Made by a program: the position numbers and the translations under genes. The notes beneath the pieces are model-generated. The model ran no database searches, had not been told where the DNA came from, and saw nothing but the letters and a program-made list of their open reading frames with translations. Below are positions 30,490 through 45,838 of a DNA stretch of 64,000 nt, one piece after another. The stretch comes from Candidatus Eutrophomonas brisbanensis (GTDB taxonomy: Bacteria > Pseudomonadota > Gammaproteobacteria > Burkholderiales > Eutrophovitaceae), in contig JAYQIQ010000004.1 of assembly GCA_038141705.1 (NCBI GenBank), positions 120,539 through 184,538 of the forward strand, read 5' to 3'. Numbering within the stretch: position 1 is the stretch's first letter; every line of letters begins with the position of its first letter.

Positions 30490-30906
30490 CTAAGACTTGG
30501 GACGCTCTAAAAATGCAAAGAGGCCCATTCCAACAATCATCGAAACTACGAATATCACTGCTTCACTGTACCCCATACCAAAGGCCACTAAACTTGGCCC
30601 CGGACAGAAACCAGCGATCCCCCAACCGATACCAAAAATTAGACTTCCTAAAACTAATCTTTTATCGATAGTTGCGTTGGTCGGAAGAGCCATTGGCTCG
30701 CCTAGAAGACTCAGGGTACGTCTTTTTGCAAAGTGGAACGTCACGAGACCAACTGCTATTGCCCCACCCATAACGAAGGCCAATGAAGGATCCCAATTCC
30801 CGGCAAGATCCAGAAAACCTACCACCTTTGCCGGGTTTGACATTCCGGATACGATCAAACCTATTCCAAAAACTAAGCCCGCAATAAGCGCTGATAAACT
30901 TTTCAT
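30490..30906 (-). CDS. YeeE/YedE-family (DUF395) half-size sulfur-compound transporter-like membrane protein
   Basis: 138 aa with 4 predicted TM segments, GIGLIVSGMSNPAKVVGFLD and GIGWGIAGFCPGP blocks. Confidence 0.7.
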   Translation of the reverse strand: MKSLSALIAGLVFGIGLIVSGMSNPAKVVGFLDLAGNWDPSLAFVMGGAIAVGLVTFHFAKRRTLSLLGEPMALPTNATIDKRLVLGSLIFGIGWGIAGFCPGPSLVAFGMGYSEAVIFVVSMIVGMGLFAFLERPKS

Positions 30907-30915
30907 TCGGTCACC

Positions 30916-31343
30916 TCACAGAATATGCTTAATTAGAAATACCACTACAAATCCCGCGATCATAAAACTCACCGTTGCAGCCAGCGATCTTGGTGATAAC
31001 CGAGAAAGCCCAACAACACCATGGCCACTGGTACACCCGCGGCGTAACGAGTTCCGATTCCGACGAGCAGCCCTGCAAGAACCAAGCTATAGGTCGAGGC
31101 TTCGATAATGGCCTCAGGCACTGCAGCAAAAATACCATACACAAACGATGAGGCCAGGAGCCCGATTAAGAACATCGATCTCCAGCCTAATTCAGATGAC
31201 TTTCCACTGATTACTCCCCCGAGAATCCCACTGATTCCCGCTATTTTCCCATTCATAAATATGAAAATTGCCGTGGATATCCCTAAGAGAACGCCACCAG
31301 CTAACGACATCCATGGCGTGAATACATCCCAATTTATAGTCAT
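30916..31343 (-). pseudogene. YeeE/YedE-family (DUF395) membrane protein; frameshifted
   Basis: Track ORF 30969..31343 ends ..[15 protein letters not shown].. The alternative frame gives [40 protein letters not shown] (stop 30916-30918), which carries the family's conserved GCTSGHG motif. The frames join if the C3 run at 31036-31038 were C4. Confidence 0.7.
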
Positions 31344-31461
31344 ACGCCTCCCCTTTTATGCTCTATGCCCAAGTTACCCGTATCCTGCTTACACAGAATG
31401 CGGCCAATCACATATTTTATTAGATCCTCTCGCCCTGTCATTATATCTTGGTGTTACAAAC

Positions 31462-32644
31462 TTAATAGGATCTCGGCAACCCCAAAACTTTCTCGGCTAT
31501 GTAACAAAGAATCATCTCTCGACTGATCTGGCGCAATACGCATGAGCATTACCTCGCGAAGATAACGTTCGATGTTGTACTCTTTGGCATACCCAACACC
31601 ACCATGCGTTCGCAGTGCGCGATCGCACGCCTCGAACGCCGCTTCCGCTGCCAAATACTTTGCTGCATTTGCCTCAGCACCGCAGTTACGCCCATTATCG
31701 TACGAGCGTGCAGCATGCCAGACCATCAAATCTGCAGCCTCCAATGCCATCCAACTTTCAGCAAGGGGATGCTGAATCGATTGATTCTCTCCAATCTTCC
31801 TTCCGAAAACTTCACGCTCAGAAGCATATTTTGCGGCTAGGTCTACCGCCCTCTTGCCAACGCCGATAGTTTCAGATGCAATCAAAATACGCTCGGGATT
31901 TAACGAATCGAGTAACAACCGAAACCCATCCCCCTCATCCCCAATTCGACTCTCTAAATCAACCTCTAAATTATCGATAAAAACCATGTTCGAATCGACA
32001 GCATTTCTACCCATCTTATCAATCGCCTTAACCTCAATTCGGCGCCGGTCTAGGTCACAATAAAAAAGAGTCAGACCGTCCATAGGTTTTGCACATTGGT
32101 CCTTAGGAGTCGTCCTTACCAATAATAAAATTTTATTAGCCTCTTGCGCTGTGGTAGTCCACATCTTTTGACCGCTGATAACATAGCGATCCCCTACCCT
32201 CCGACCAGTAGTTGAAATACTTGATGTATCAAGGCCCGCATTTGGTTCTGTAACTCCAAATGCAACCTTGTGATTGCCATCGATTAACGGTGGGATGAAT
32301 TTGAGCTTCTGCTCAGTGGAACCATGTTTAACAATTGCGTGAGGACCAAAGAGATTTATGTGAATCGAAGAACACGCTGAAATCGCACCAGCCGAATTCC
32401 CGACGATTTGCATCATCAGCGCAGCATCACTGACCCCTAAGCCACTGCCCCCAAGCTCTCGAGGCATCGTGATGCCGAGCCACCCACCATCAGCGAAGGC
32501 CTGATGAAACTCTGTAGGGAACGAATGTGTCCGCTCCTTCTCTCGCCAATATGCATCATCGAAACGAGCACAAAGAGCCCCAACGGCTTCAAATATCTGT
32601 TGCCTTCTGTCATTGGGCTCGAGACCTGCGGGTAAATTTTTCAT
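31462..32644 (-). pseudogene. Acyl-CoA dehydrogenase family protein; C-terminal frameshift
   Basis: The 396-aa track ORF shows ACAD architecture. After ..LMRIAP the alternative frame reads ISREMILCYIAEKVLGLPRSY* (stop 31462-31464), the canonical ACAD C-terminus. There is one extra base near 31528. Confidence 0.85.
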
Positions 32645-32733
32645 GCTCGCTCACTGATGTAACACACTACTAACTGTCGTCTCCGCAGTGTATCATCCGA
32701 GAACGTCAAAGATATACAACATCACAACAAAAC

Positions 32734-33498
32734 GTGTCCATTACACTCGAGACTAAAACCTGGGAGAACGACTGGGAATTGGTGGTTAACCATCAATTTT
32801 TAAGAACAGTTATGGAGCGTTTCAAACAACACGTGGACAAGAAGGTGCTTTTCATCAATAACGTCCTGAACCCCTCGGTTGTAGCGCGTGCTGCTGATCG
32901 ACTCATCGCTGACGAGATTATTGATGAGTATATATTTGTATCTCAGCATGCGGATAATGCTCTAGAGCACTTCGGCCTTACCAAAGAGGCTTTAGGCAAA
33001 GGTTACTATTATTCAATAGCAGAGCTTGTTTCTATTTTCTTGTGCAGCACAAAGTATCTTGCACATTTTTCGAGCGATACGACAATCACCGAAGATGTAG
33101 CGCCGCATTGGTTGTCGGATGCCACTTCGCTTCTAGCTGAACAAGGGGAAGTCAGCGTTGTAAACCTTACATGGGATCAAAAGTATTCCGAAGCCCTAAA
33201 AGACTCAGACTATCAAGATGACAATTACTTTTACGGGTATGGGTTCTCGGATCAAATGTATGTAATCGAAGTCGAAGAATTTAATAAAAAAATTTACGAC
33301 TTTGAACACCCCGCTTCAGAAAGATATCCAAAGTACGCGGGAGCATTATTTGAGAAAAGGGTCGACTCTTACATGAGGGTAAACGCGAGAATTAGGGCCA
33401 CCTACCGTCACGCATCATATATCCACAAAAATTTTCCAAAACCAAACACCATCCGACGCTGGATCTGGACCCAATTAAACAAACCAAGCGGAGAGTGA
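32734..33498 (+). CDS. Hypothetical protein, no recognisable family
   Basis: 254 aa with no signal peptide and no TM segment. The last 10 nt overlap the 3' end of the antisense tRNA-Ser gene. Confidence 0.4.
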   Translation: MSITLETKTWENDWELVVNHQFLRTVMERFKQHVDKKVLFINNVLNPSVVARAADRLIADEIIDEYIFVSQHADNALEHFGLTKEALGKGYYYSIAELVSIFLCSTKYLAHFSSDTTITEDVAPHWLSDATSLLAEQGEVSVVNLTWDQKYSEALKDSDYQDDNYFYGYGFSDQMYVIEVEEFNKKIYDFEHPASERYPKYAGALFEKRVDSYMRVNARIRATYRHASYIHKNFPKPNTIRRWIWTQLNKPSGE

Positions 33499-33574
33499 GG
33501 GATTCGAACCCTCGAAACGCAAAGCGTTTAACGGTTTTCGAGACCGCCCCGTTCGACCACTCCGGCAACTCTCC
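33489..33574 (-). tRNA. tRNA-Ser (anticodon CGA)
   Basis: The reverse complement is GGAGAGTTGCCGGAGTGGTCGAACGGGGCGGTCTCGAAAACCGT...GGTTCGAATCCCTCACTCTCCG. It has a long variable arm and anticodon loop CT-CGA-AA. CCA is not encoded. Confidence 0.85.
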
Positions 33575-33613
33575 GAAAGCATGTCATTCTAACAGCGCTG
33601 ACAATCGTTCAAA

Positions 33614-34933
<1,320 letters not shown>

Positions 34934-36234
34934 TTATTTTTTTCGATCTTCCTCATCCAGGCGGCGAAGAAAATCCAGCTTTTCTTGAATTTTTCTTTCA
35001 AGCCCTCGCTCGGTCGGAAAATAAAAACGTTGCCCCCTCAAACCATCTGGAAGTATTGTTCGTTTGGAGCGTACCCATAAGCCTCGTCATGAGCATACCG
35101 ATATTTTTCTCCAAAACCGAGTTCCTTCATCAATTTGGTAGGTGCATTCCGAAGATGTATCGGCACCACCTCCGAGCTCGAAGATTTAACAGTCTCTAAA
35201 GCACTATTATAGGCGGAATACAGCGCATTACTTTTTGCAGCACAAGCCATGTAAACAACTGCCTGTGCCAGTGCGAGCTCGCCCTCAGGACTTCCCAACC
35301 TTTCGAAGGCGGACACAGCATCTAATGCAATTGAAAGTGCTTTGGGGTCAGCAAGACCGATATCCTCAGAAGCCATTCTTATCACTCTACGACCGACATA
35401 CAGTGGGTCTGCGCCACCATCAATCATACGAACGAACCAATAAAGGCTCGCATCTGGGTCAGAGCCTCGCACCGATTTATGTAGCGCGGATATCTGATCG
35501 TAAAACGAATCACCACCTTTATCGAATCGGCGATACGCATGAGGCATTGTTTCGAACACAAACGCCTCGTCTATTCTCTCAAGACCAAGCTCATCGGCAG
35601 TATGATTCAAAAATTCCAGCATATTAAGAAGCCTTCGGCCATCGCCATCTGCGAGACTAACAACCGCATCGACAGCCTTCGATTCGTACTTAGCTTTTGC
35701 ATCAAGCGACGACAACCCTTTTGAAAATATTTCAAAAAGATCATCACGCGTTAGTGACTCGAGCTTAAACACAGTAGCCCGAGAGAGTAATGCGCTATTT
35801 ACTTCGAACGATGGGTTTTCTGTCGTAGCACCGATGAAAGTGATGGTTCCACCCTCTACATGTGGAAGAAATGCGTCTTGTTGCGACTTGTTAAAGCGAT
35901 GAACCTCATCTACAAATACTACCGTTTGTCTGGAAAATTGGGTGATATTATTTTCAGCCAGCACAATAACTTCTCGAATGTCTTTAATCCCGGATAGGAC
36001 GGCTGAGATTTGAACAAACTCCGCACTCCAGCCGTTGGCGATAATTCGCGCGAGAGTCGTCTTACCCACACCAGGGGGACCCCAAAATATCAGAGATTGA
36101 GGTTTACCTACTCGATGAATTGTAGATAGCGGCTTTCCGTCACCCACTAGGTGTTTTTGACCAACGAATTCCTCAAAAGTATTAGGCCGGAGTATGTCGG
36201 CAAGTGGCTTTGTGATTGATTTACTAATATGCAT
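34934..36234 (-). pseudogene. rarA: Replication-associated recombination protein A (MgsA/RarA); C-terminal frameshift
   Basis: Track ORF 35038..36234 has Walker A GPPGVGKTT and ends ..NEQYFQMV*. The alternative frame continues PDGLRGQRFYFPTERGLERKIQEKLDFLRRLDEEDRKK* (stop 34934-34936). One base is missing near 35049. Confidence 0.9.
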
Positions 36235-36266
36235 TGGATGCTCAATCTAACATCGCATATCGAAGG

Positions 36267-36906
36267 TCAATCGGTTATCAAATCTACCCCTTCGGGAGGT
36301 GTGAACGTAAACAACGCATTCGAATCGCTCAAATTACCCCTAGAAAACTTCGTAATTTCTATTACCGTTTTCTGCCCAAAGTGATCGAACAACTCCATTT
36401 CGGTCAAAACATCTTTTTTAAACCCGATGTTGATTCGGGCAAACAAAGTATTTTCCTCATAGGGCTTAATCGTTCACCCATTCCAGCCCTCGCCGTGTCT
36501 TTTGACTTTCCAACATAAAGAACCGCTCAATATCACTGGATCCAGCGAGCAATGCCGCAGGGGATGAACCGAGAGCCGAATCCAAATTGACTCGAGTGAC
36601 CTGCTCAAGATCCTTGTCATACACCCAAAGATATACTCCATCACCCACTAATAACTGTTCATACGGCGCTTTATAGACCCATCTAAATTTTCCTGGGCGC
36701 AGAAAACTGAAACTTCCTTCCGATTTTTGCAAAACCTCGCCGCTCTCAAGGAATACAGTCTGAACGAACTCAGCGTGCCCCGCGTTCGTATTACTAATAA
36801 ATGAGCGGAGCCGCTCGATCCCACCCGCATAAGATACCTCGAAGCTTGATGAAAGCGCCAAAGTTACCAACAAACAACCAACAATTTTTCTTATAAATGT
36901 ATACAT
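36267..36906 (-). pseudogene. lolA: Outer-membrane lipoprotein carrier LolA; frameshifted
   Basis: ORF 36466..36906 (signal peptide, GKFRWVYKAPYEQLLV) stops at ..LEWVND*. The alternative frame reads KPYEENTLFARINIGFKKDVLTEMELFDHFGQKTVIEITKFSRG..DLITD* (stop 36267-36269). The switch is near 36468. Confidence 0.85.
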
Positions 36907-36923
36907 GTCACCGCGGTTCGAGA

Positions 36924-40325
<3,402 letters not shown>

Positions 40326-40352
40326 GTGGCTATCTACCCGAGGGGTAGTATC

Positions 40353-40952
40353 ATGAAAAAAACAAAGCGAGTAACGGCAGAGGGCACCACAGAGACCGTA
40401 AAAATCGATGAGAGCTTTGAGGAGATACTCTCAGAGACACTCGGGAATAACATCAAGCGTATCAACTCGGATCAAAATACCGCTGACTTCGTGCGCAAAC
40501 CAAAACCGAAGCCCATTCCCAAACAAAGCTTAAAAGACGAGGCTGCTGTATTAGAAGATAGTCTCAGAGAGGAACAATTTAGCCTCGCAGAAGCGCCGAT
40601 GGGAGAAGATGGCACTTACCTAAAATCGGGACTTCAAATAAATGCCCTAAGAAAACTTAAACGTGGATTTTGGGCAATTCAAGACGAGCTTGACTTACAC
40701 GGAAGCACATCCGGCACTGCAAAAGAATTGGTCGGTAATTTCTTATCTGAAGCTAAAGCGCGCGGATTCAGGTGCGTCCGCGTAATTCACGGTAAGGGTG
40801 TGCGATCCCCAAATCGAGAACCCGTGTTGAAAAATAAATTATTCGTATGGCTGCAAATGCGAAATGACATTCTCGCCTATTGCCCCGCCCGTCAATCTGA
40901 TGGAGGAAGCGGTGCGACCATCCTCCTACTGTCGAACTCAAGAGGAGGATAG
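40353..40952 (+). CDS. smrA: Smr-domain protein (SmrA-like)
   Basis: The C-terminal Smr domain reads ELDLHGSTSGTAKELV..VRVIHGKG. The likely start is Met 40353 (MKKTKRV). Confidence 0.75.
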   Translation: MKKTKRVTAEGTTETVKIDESFEEILSETLGNNIKRINSDQNTADFVRKPKPKPIPKQSLKDEAAVLEDSLREEQFSLAEAPMGEDGTYLKSGLQINALRKLKRGFWAIQDELDLHGSTSGTAKELVGNFLSEAKARGFRCVRVIHGKGVRSPNREPVLKNKLFVWLQMRNDILAYCPARQSDGGSGATILLLSNSRGG

Positions 40953-40962
40953 GCCTACTAAC

Positions 40963-41316
<354 letters not shown>

Positions 41317-41399
41317 TTAACTGGTTACTCAAACCTAGTATAAACCGGTTGGATATTTAATTTAAGTGCAAACTGCTAAGGTAAACAAAAAGTACCGGC

Positions 41400-43072
41400 C
41401 TAGGAATCCCTCCCGACTTCGCCCCGAAAAGTGCTAGTGATCGGGAAACGCCAATCTTTGCCGAACGCTCGTCGGGTAATCCTGACTCCTGGAGGGGCCT
41501 GACGTCGCTTGTATTCATTGATGTGAATTAAACGGACTATTCTTTCCACATCCGCCCTTGGATATCCTGCTTGGACAATTTCTTCGATGCTCCTATTTTG
41601 CTCAACATACTGCTCAACAACAGCATCGAGAGTGTCGTATGGAGGAAGCGAGTCCTGATCTAATTGATCTGGTCGCAGCTCAGCACTCGGAGGTCTTTCA
41701 ATAATACGATTCGGTATCACTTGAGAAAGACTATTCCTGTACTTACACAACCGATAAACCATCTGCTTACCTAAATCCTTGAGGACCGCAAAGCCCCCGC
41801 CATGTCGCCATACAACGTGGCATAACCAGTGCTCATCTCACTTTTATTTCCCGTCGTCAACACTAGAGAACCAAATTTATTAGACATACTCATCAGTAGC
41901 GTCCCTCGGATCCTAGATTGGAGATTTTCTTCTGTGGTATCGAACTCTCGACCAACAAAAACCGAAGAGAGGCCTGCAATAAATTCATCAAAAATAGGTT
42001 TTATAGCAATTTCCTCGTACGTGACATCGAGGATTTCAGCCATTTTCCTGGCATCCTCCAAACTAATGTTGGCAGTAAACTGAGATGGCATCATGACGGC
42101 AGTTAAGTTCTCAGCTCCCAAGGCATCCACGGCTACGGCAAGCGTTAAAGCAGAATCGACACCACCAGAAAGACCAATAATTGCGCCCTTGAAACCATTT
42201 TTTAATACGTAATCTCTCACCCCTTGAACTAAAGCCTCATATGCGGCCTTCTCCTCGGTTTCTGGGTACGCATGGCGCACCCCAATCACATCACCTCGGT
42301 CAATCTCAACGCAGTCCATTGACTGTGAAAATGCAGGTGACTGAAATCCCATATCTCCATTCGAGGTAACCGCGAAAGACGCACCATCAAATACAAGTTC
42401 ATCCTGTCCGCCAACCATATTGCAAAACACGATTGGCATATCCAGCGCCCTAGCCCTTCCAGAAACAAGATCCGTGCGAATCGCCTGCTTTGCGAGATGG
42501 AACGGTGATGCATTTAAAACGAGTAATACCGTCGCGCCAGCATCCTTTGCAGACCGCGCGGCCCGAACTAAAGATAAATCTCCAGCATTCTCGACAACAT
42601 CAATTTCCTCGGCTCGTCCTCCCCAAATGTCCTCACAAATATTGACACCAATACGCACACCATTCACAGAGAACACACATGCATCAAGTCCAGGATCGAA
42701 ATATCGATCCTCGTCAAAAACATGGTAATTTGGAAGCTCTTGTTTGAAGTATCGGCCGATGATTTTTCCATTTTGGATAATCGAGGCAGCGTTGTAGAGT
42801 CGATTATTTTCGCGATAGGGATGCCCAACAACCAGAGTTATATTCTCGGTCTTTGCCCGCAATGACTCTAGCTCTAAATCACACCCCTTCAAAAAGTCTT
42901 CGCGAAGCAACAAATCTTCCGGAGGATAGCCAGAGATGGCAAGCTCAGGAGTGACAACAATATCGGCACCATCAACTTTTGCCTTTTCTAGAGCATTTGA
43001 AATTTTCTCGCCATTCCCGGTCAAATCTCCTACAGTACAATTTAGCTGAGCGAGCAATATTTTTATCGGCAT
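41400..43072 (-). pseudogene. nadE: Glutamine-dependent NAD+ synthetase (CN-hydrolase + NAD synthase domains); frameshifted
   Basis: ORF 41771..43072 ends ..YATLYGDMAGALRSSRI*. The alternative frame gives GFAVLKDLGKQMVYRLCKYRN.. and continues into ORF 41400..41762. The frames join if the C5 run at 41794-41798 were C6. Confidence 0.9.
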
Positions 43073-43089
43073 AGGTATTAGTTACAAAT

Positions 43090-44220
43090 ATGGAAGAAAC
43101 AAAAATAACGATAGCCGATAGTTTAGCGGAGATTAAATCTAGTGATTGGGACAGGCTAATCCGAAAAAATCCCACTGCAAGCTACGATTTTTTGCGCGCA
43201 ATGGAAGTTTCTAACTGCGTTGGTGACGGCACCGGCTGGTATCCGGCGCATATCATCGCGCATCAAGACAATAAGCTGATTGGCGCGATGCCCCTCTATA
43301 TAAAATCGCACTCGTATGGGGAATATGTTTTTGATTGGGCTTGGGCTGACGCTTACCAACGATCTGGCCTCGATTACTATCCAAAACTCTTATGCGCAAT
43401 ACCTTTTACGCCGGTTGGTGGCCCTCGGCTTTTAACTGACGATGAGCACACCAAGAGCCTCCTCATAAAATCTGCGATCCAATTTGCTGAAGCTAACGAG
43501 TTTTCATCATTTCATTGCTTATATCCAGCTGAAGACGAGAAGAATAGTTGGACTCAACAATCGATGATGAAACGTAAATCTTTTCAATTTCATTGGATGA
43601 ATAAGGGTTACATCACATTTGACGAATTCCTATCTAGCATGAATCATCAAAAGCGGAAAAAGATAAGACAGGAGCGAGAGAAACTTAGAAACCTTGGAAT
43701 CTCTTTAGAAACGGTAAAAGGCAACCGAGCATCAGATAATGAGTGGAATTTTTTCTTTAAGTGTTATCAACAGACCTACCTTGAGCGCGGCTCGACGCCT
43801 TACTTAAATCAAAAATTTTTCGACTTGATCCGCTCATCGATGGGCGAGCACATTCTTCTCGTATTTGCAAAATTCGAGGGCAATTTCGTTGCAAGCGCAA
43901 TGAATATCATCGGAGACAATGTTATCTATGGCCGGTATTGGGGTTCTACCCGTTACATTCCTGGCTTACATTTCGAAGTTTGTTATTACCAAGCAATAGA
44001 ATATGCGATAAAAAACGATATAGCTCGTTTTGAAGGAGGCGCGCAAGGAGAACATAAGTTGGCTCGAGGCTTAGAACCGGTTGAAACTGATTCTTATCAC
44101 TGGTTGGCCCATCCACAATTCGCCGAAGCAGTGAGTTCATATCTCGAGCGAGAGAGCCCAGCTGTAGACAATCACGTTGGATCACTGCAAGTGCGATCGC
44201 CGTTTAAACGCCATTTATAA
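43090..44220 (+). CDS. DUF482 / FemAB-like GNAT-fold N-acetyltransferase family protein
   Basis: 376 aa with SYDFLRAMEVS..TGWYPAHII and HSYGEYVFDWAWADAY..YYPKLLCAIPFTP, the family-typical blocks. Confidence 0.7.
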   Translation: MEETKITIADSLAEIKSSDWDRLIRKNPTASYDFLRAMEVSNCVGDGTGWYPAHIIAHQDNKLIGAMPLYIKSHSYGEYVFDWAWADAYQRSGLDYYPKLLCAIPFTPVGGPRLLTDDEHTKSLLIKSAIQFAEANEFSSFHCLYPAEDEKNSWTQQSMMKRKSFQFHWMNKGYITFDEFLSSMNHQKRKKIRQEREKLRNLGISLETVKGNRASDNEWNFFFKCYQQTYLERGSTPYLNQKFFDLIRSSMGEHILLVFAKFEGNFVASAMNIIGDNVIYGRYWGSTRYIPGLHFEVCYYQAIEYAIKNDIARFEGGAQGEHKLARGLEPVETDSYHWLAHPQFAEAVSSYLERESPAVDNHVGSLQVRSPFKRHL

Positions 44221-44278
44221 ACCTCTTAACATGATAAGATTTTCACACAGTAATGTTAGCCATTAATCGGAGTATTGA

Positions 44279-44790
44279 GTGGTCTTTGGTTTCTACGATA
44301 ACTTAACGTCTCGTCAGCAGAGCATATACCGTCAAAGCGACGAAATTAAATATCTCAGGCTAGCAGAAACTTCTCAACTCACGGCGCTGGCTAACGAACT
44401 CGTGGAAACGCTGCCGACTGAGAATAAAAAGGCTGTAGAAAAAATCTGCCAAACAATCGTTGATACCATCAATAACCAATTCAATGCACCCCCACTAAAA
44501 TTACAAGTACTTGCGGTACGCCCATCAGCAGACTGGGGGAACTCCACGGCCTATACCTCCCAGAAGACGATGGTGAACTTGCAAAAATTCAGGTTTGGAT
44601 GCGGACAGCAAAAAATAAAAAAATCGTAGCTTTTAAAAGTTTTTTGCGGACTGTTCTCCACGAGCTGTGTCACCACTTGGACTACGAGCACTTCGGATTT
44701 CCGGCGACATTTCACACCGAAGGGTTTTACAGTAGAGAGTCGAGTTTATTTAAACAAATTTATATACCAAAAGAAAACGCCGGCGATTAG
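44279..44790 (+). pseudogene. Hypothetical HExxH-motif protein (putative metallopeptidase-like); frameshifted
   Basis: ORF 44279..44629 and ORF 44599..44790 (..LRTVLHELCHHLDYEHF..) lie in different frames. The alternative frame reads GELHGLYLPEDDGELAKIQVWMRTAKNKK. The frames join if the G5 run at 44535-44539 were G6. Confidence 0.5.
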
Positions 44791-44802
44791 CCGGCGTTTT
44801 TT
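44774..44802. terminator. Bidirectional rho-independent terminator between convergent genes
   Basis: AAAACGCCGGC-GATTA-GCCGGCGTTTTTT: a GC-rich 7-bp core stem extended by A/T pairs, with an A-run on one side and a T-run on the other. Confidence 0.7.
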
Positions 44803-44819
44803 AATCTTTACCTCGTTTG

Positions 44820-45353
44820 CTAGTTCGCCTCAGGCTTACAAAAAGTCTGCAAAGTTTCATCGAAACACCAGTGTGTATTAAACCCATTATTTCTTACAAC
44901 GCAATCGTATACATACTTCGACATTTCTTTGGTGAAATGGCAATTGCGATATTTATGCATCGTACGCTCTCTCTCAAACGTACCAACCACGTTCTCCTCA
45001 CCCATTCGGGAAGCTCTGGTCCACTCCTCCTGCTCCGGAGCCGCATCGGTCTTGGTTTCTGTCTCGTTTTGAGCGACGATTACAACCAGATCCTGATTTG
45101 CTGAATTCCGATCCACATCTTTCTGGCAGCTTTTCTCCACAGTCGTGTTGAAGCACCAAAGGGTACTGAACCCATTATTCTCTACAATACACTCATGGAC
45201 TTTTCGCCCCATTTCATTCGTCCACTCACACTGACTATACTGCGCAATGATTTGCTCCCTCCGAGCAGATCCGCCAGCAAACACGTCAACAGCGCTGACC
45301 GCAAAAGTGAGTAAAAAAACACTCGCCACCCCTAGCAACTTTTTTATTTTCAT
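44820..45353 (-). CDS. Secreted protein with a tandemly duplicated 4-Cys domain (unrecognised family)
   Basis: 177 aa with a signal peptide (MKIKKLLGVASVFLLTFAVSAVDVFA). The two repeats are QYSQCEWTNEMGRKVHECIVENNGFSTLWCFNTTVEKSC (45126-45242) and KYRNCHFTKEMSKYVYDCVVRNNGFNTHWCFDETLQTFC (44838-44954). Both have spacing C-x12-C-x11-C-x8-C. Confidence 0.5.
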   Translation of the reverse strand: MKIKKLLGVASVFLLTFAVSAVDVFAGGSARREQIIAQYSQCEWTNEMGRKVHECIVENNGFSTLWCFNTTVEKSCQKDVDRNSANQDLVVIVAQNETETKTDAAPEQEEWTRASRMGEENVVGTFERERTMHKYRNCHFTKEMSKYVYDCVVRNNGFNTHWCFDETLQTFCKPEAN

Positions 45354-45389
45354 AAGCTTTTTTCCACTCTCATAATTGACTTAAATCGG

Positions 45390-45797
45390 TTACTGACCAA
45401 ATACAAAACGAATCCGAAGATATCTTCTGCCAGTCAGATCTTTTGTTTCAACAATTTGCTCACCATCGTAGGACGCCTCAATCGTGTACCTACCCCCAAC
45501 CACATCCACGAAAAACAACGGACCCTTGGAGTCATCCTCGATCAAAACGTTCCCCGAAACATCAAGAACTCTCACTCGAACTCCTCTCAAAGGCGCCGCG
45601 GTCTTTTTGGAAACAAATACCAAGTGCATGGGAAACCTAGGGGCCATATCATCCAGTTCCTTCCGCTCGGCCTCCTCAACCCCCCCAGAAACATAACGAT
45701 TACCACCTTGCTTGAGTATTTCTGGAGCCGCCATCACAGGCACAGAAAACCACGCCAACCAACAAATCAACGCTATTCTTCTTAACTTGTAGAACAA
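45390..45797 (-). CDS. Hypothetical secreted protein (carboxypeptidase-regulatory-like beta-sandwich by eye)
   Basis: 135 aa with a signal peptide ending VMA-AP, then ..VSGGVEEAERKELD..MHLVFVSKK..VRVRVLDVSGNVLIEDDSKGPLFFVDVVGGRYTIEA. Confidence 0.4.
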   Translation of the reverse strand: MFYKLRRIALICWLAWFSVPVMAAPEILKQGGNRYVSGGVEEAERKELDDMAPRFPMHLVFVSKKTAAPLRGVRVRVLDVSGNVLIEDDSKGPLFFVDVVGGRYTIEASYDGEQIVETKDLTGRRYLRIRFVFGQ

Positions 45798-45838
45798 AAC
45801 TTTCTCCTAAAACACCAAACTCTTAGACCCGAATTATG

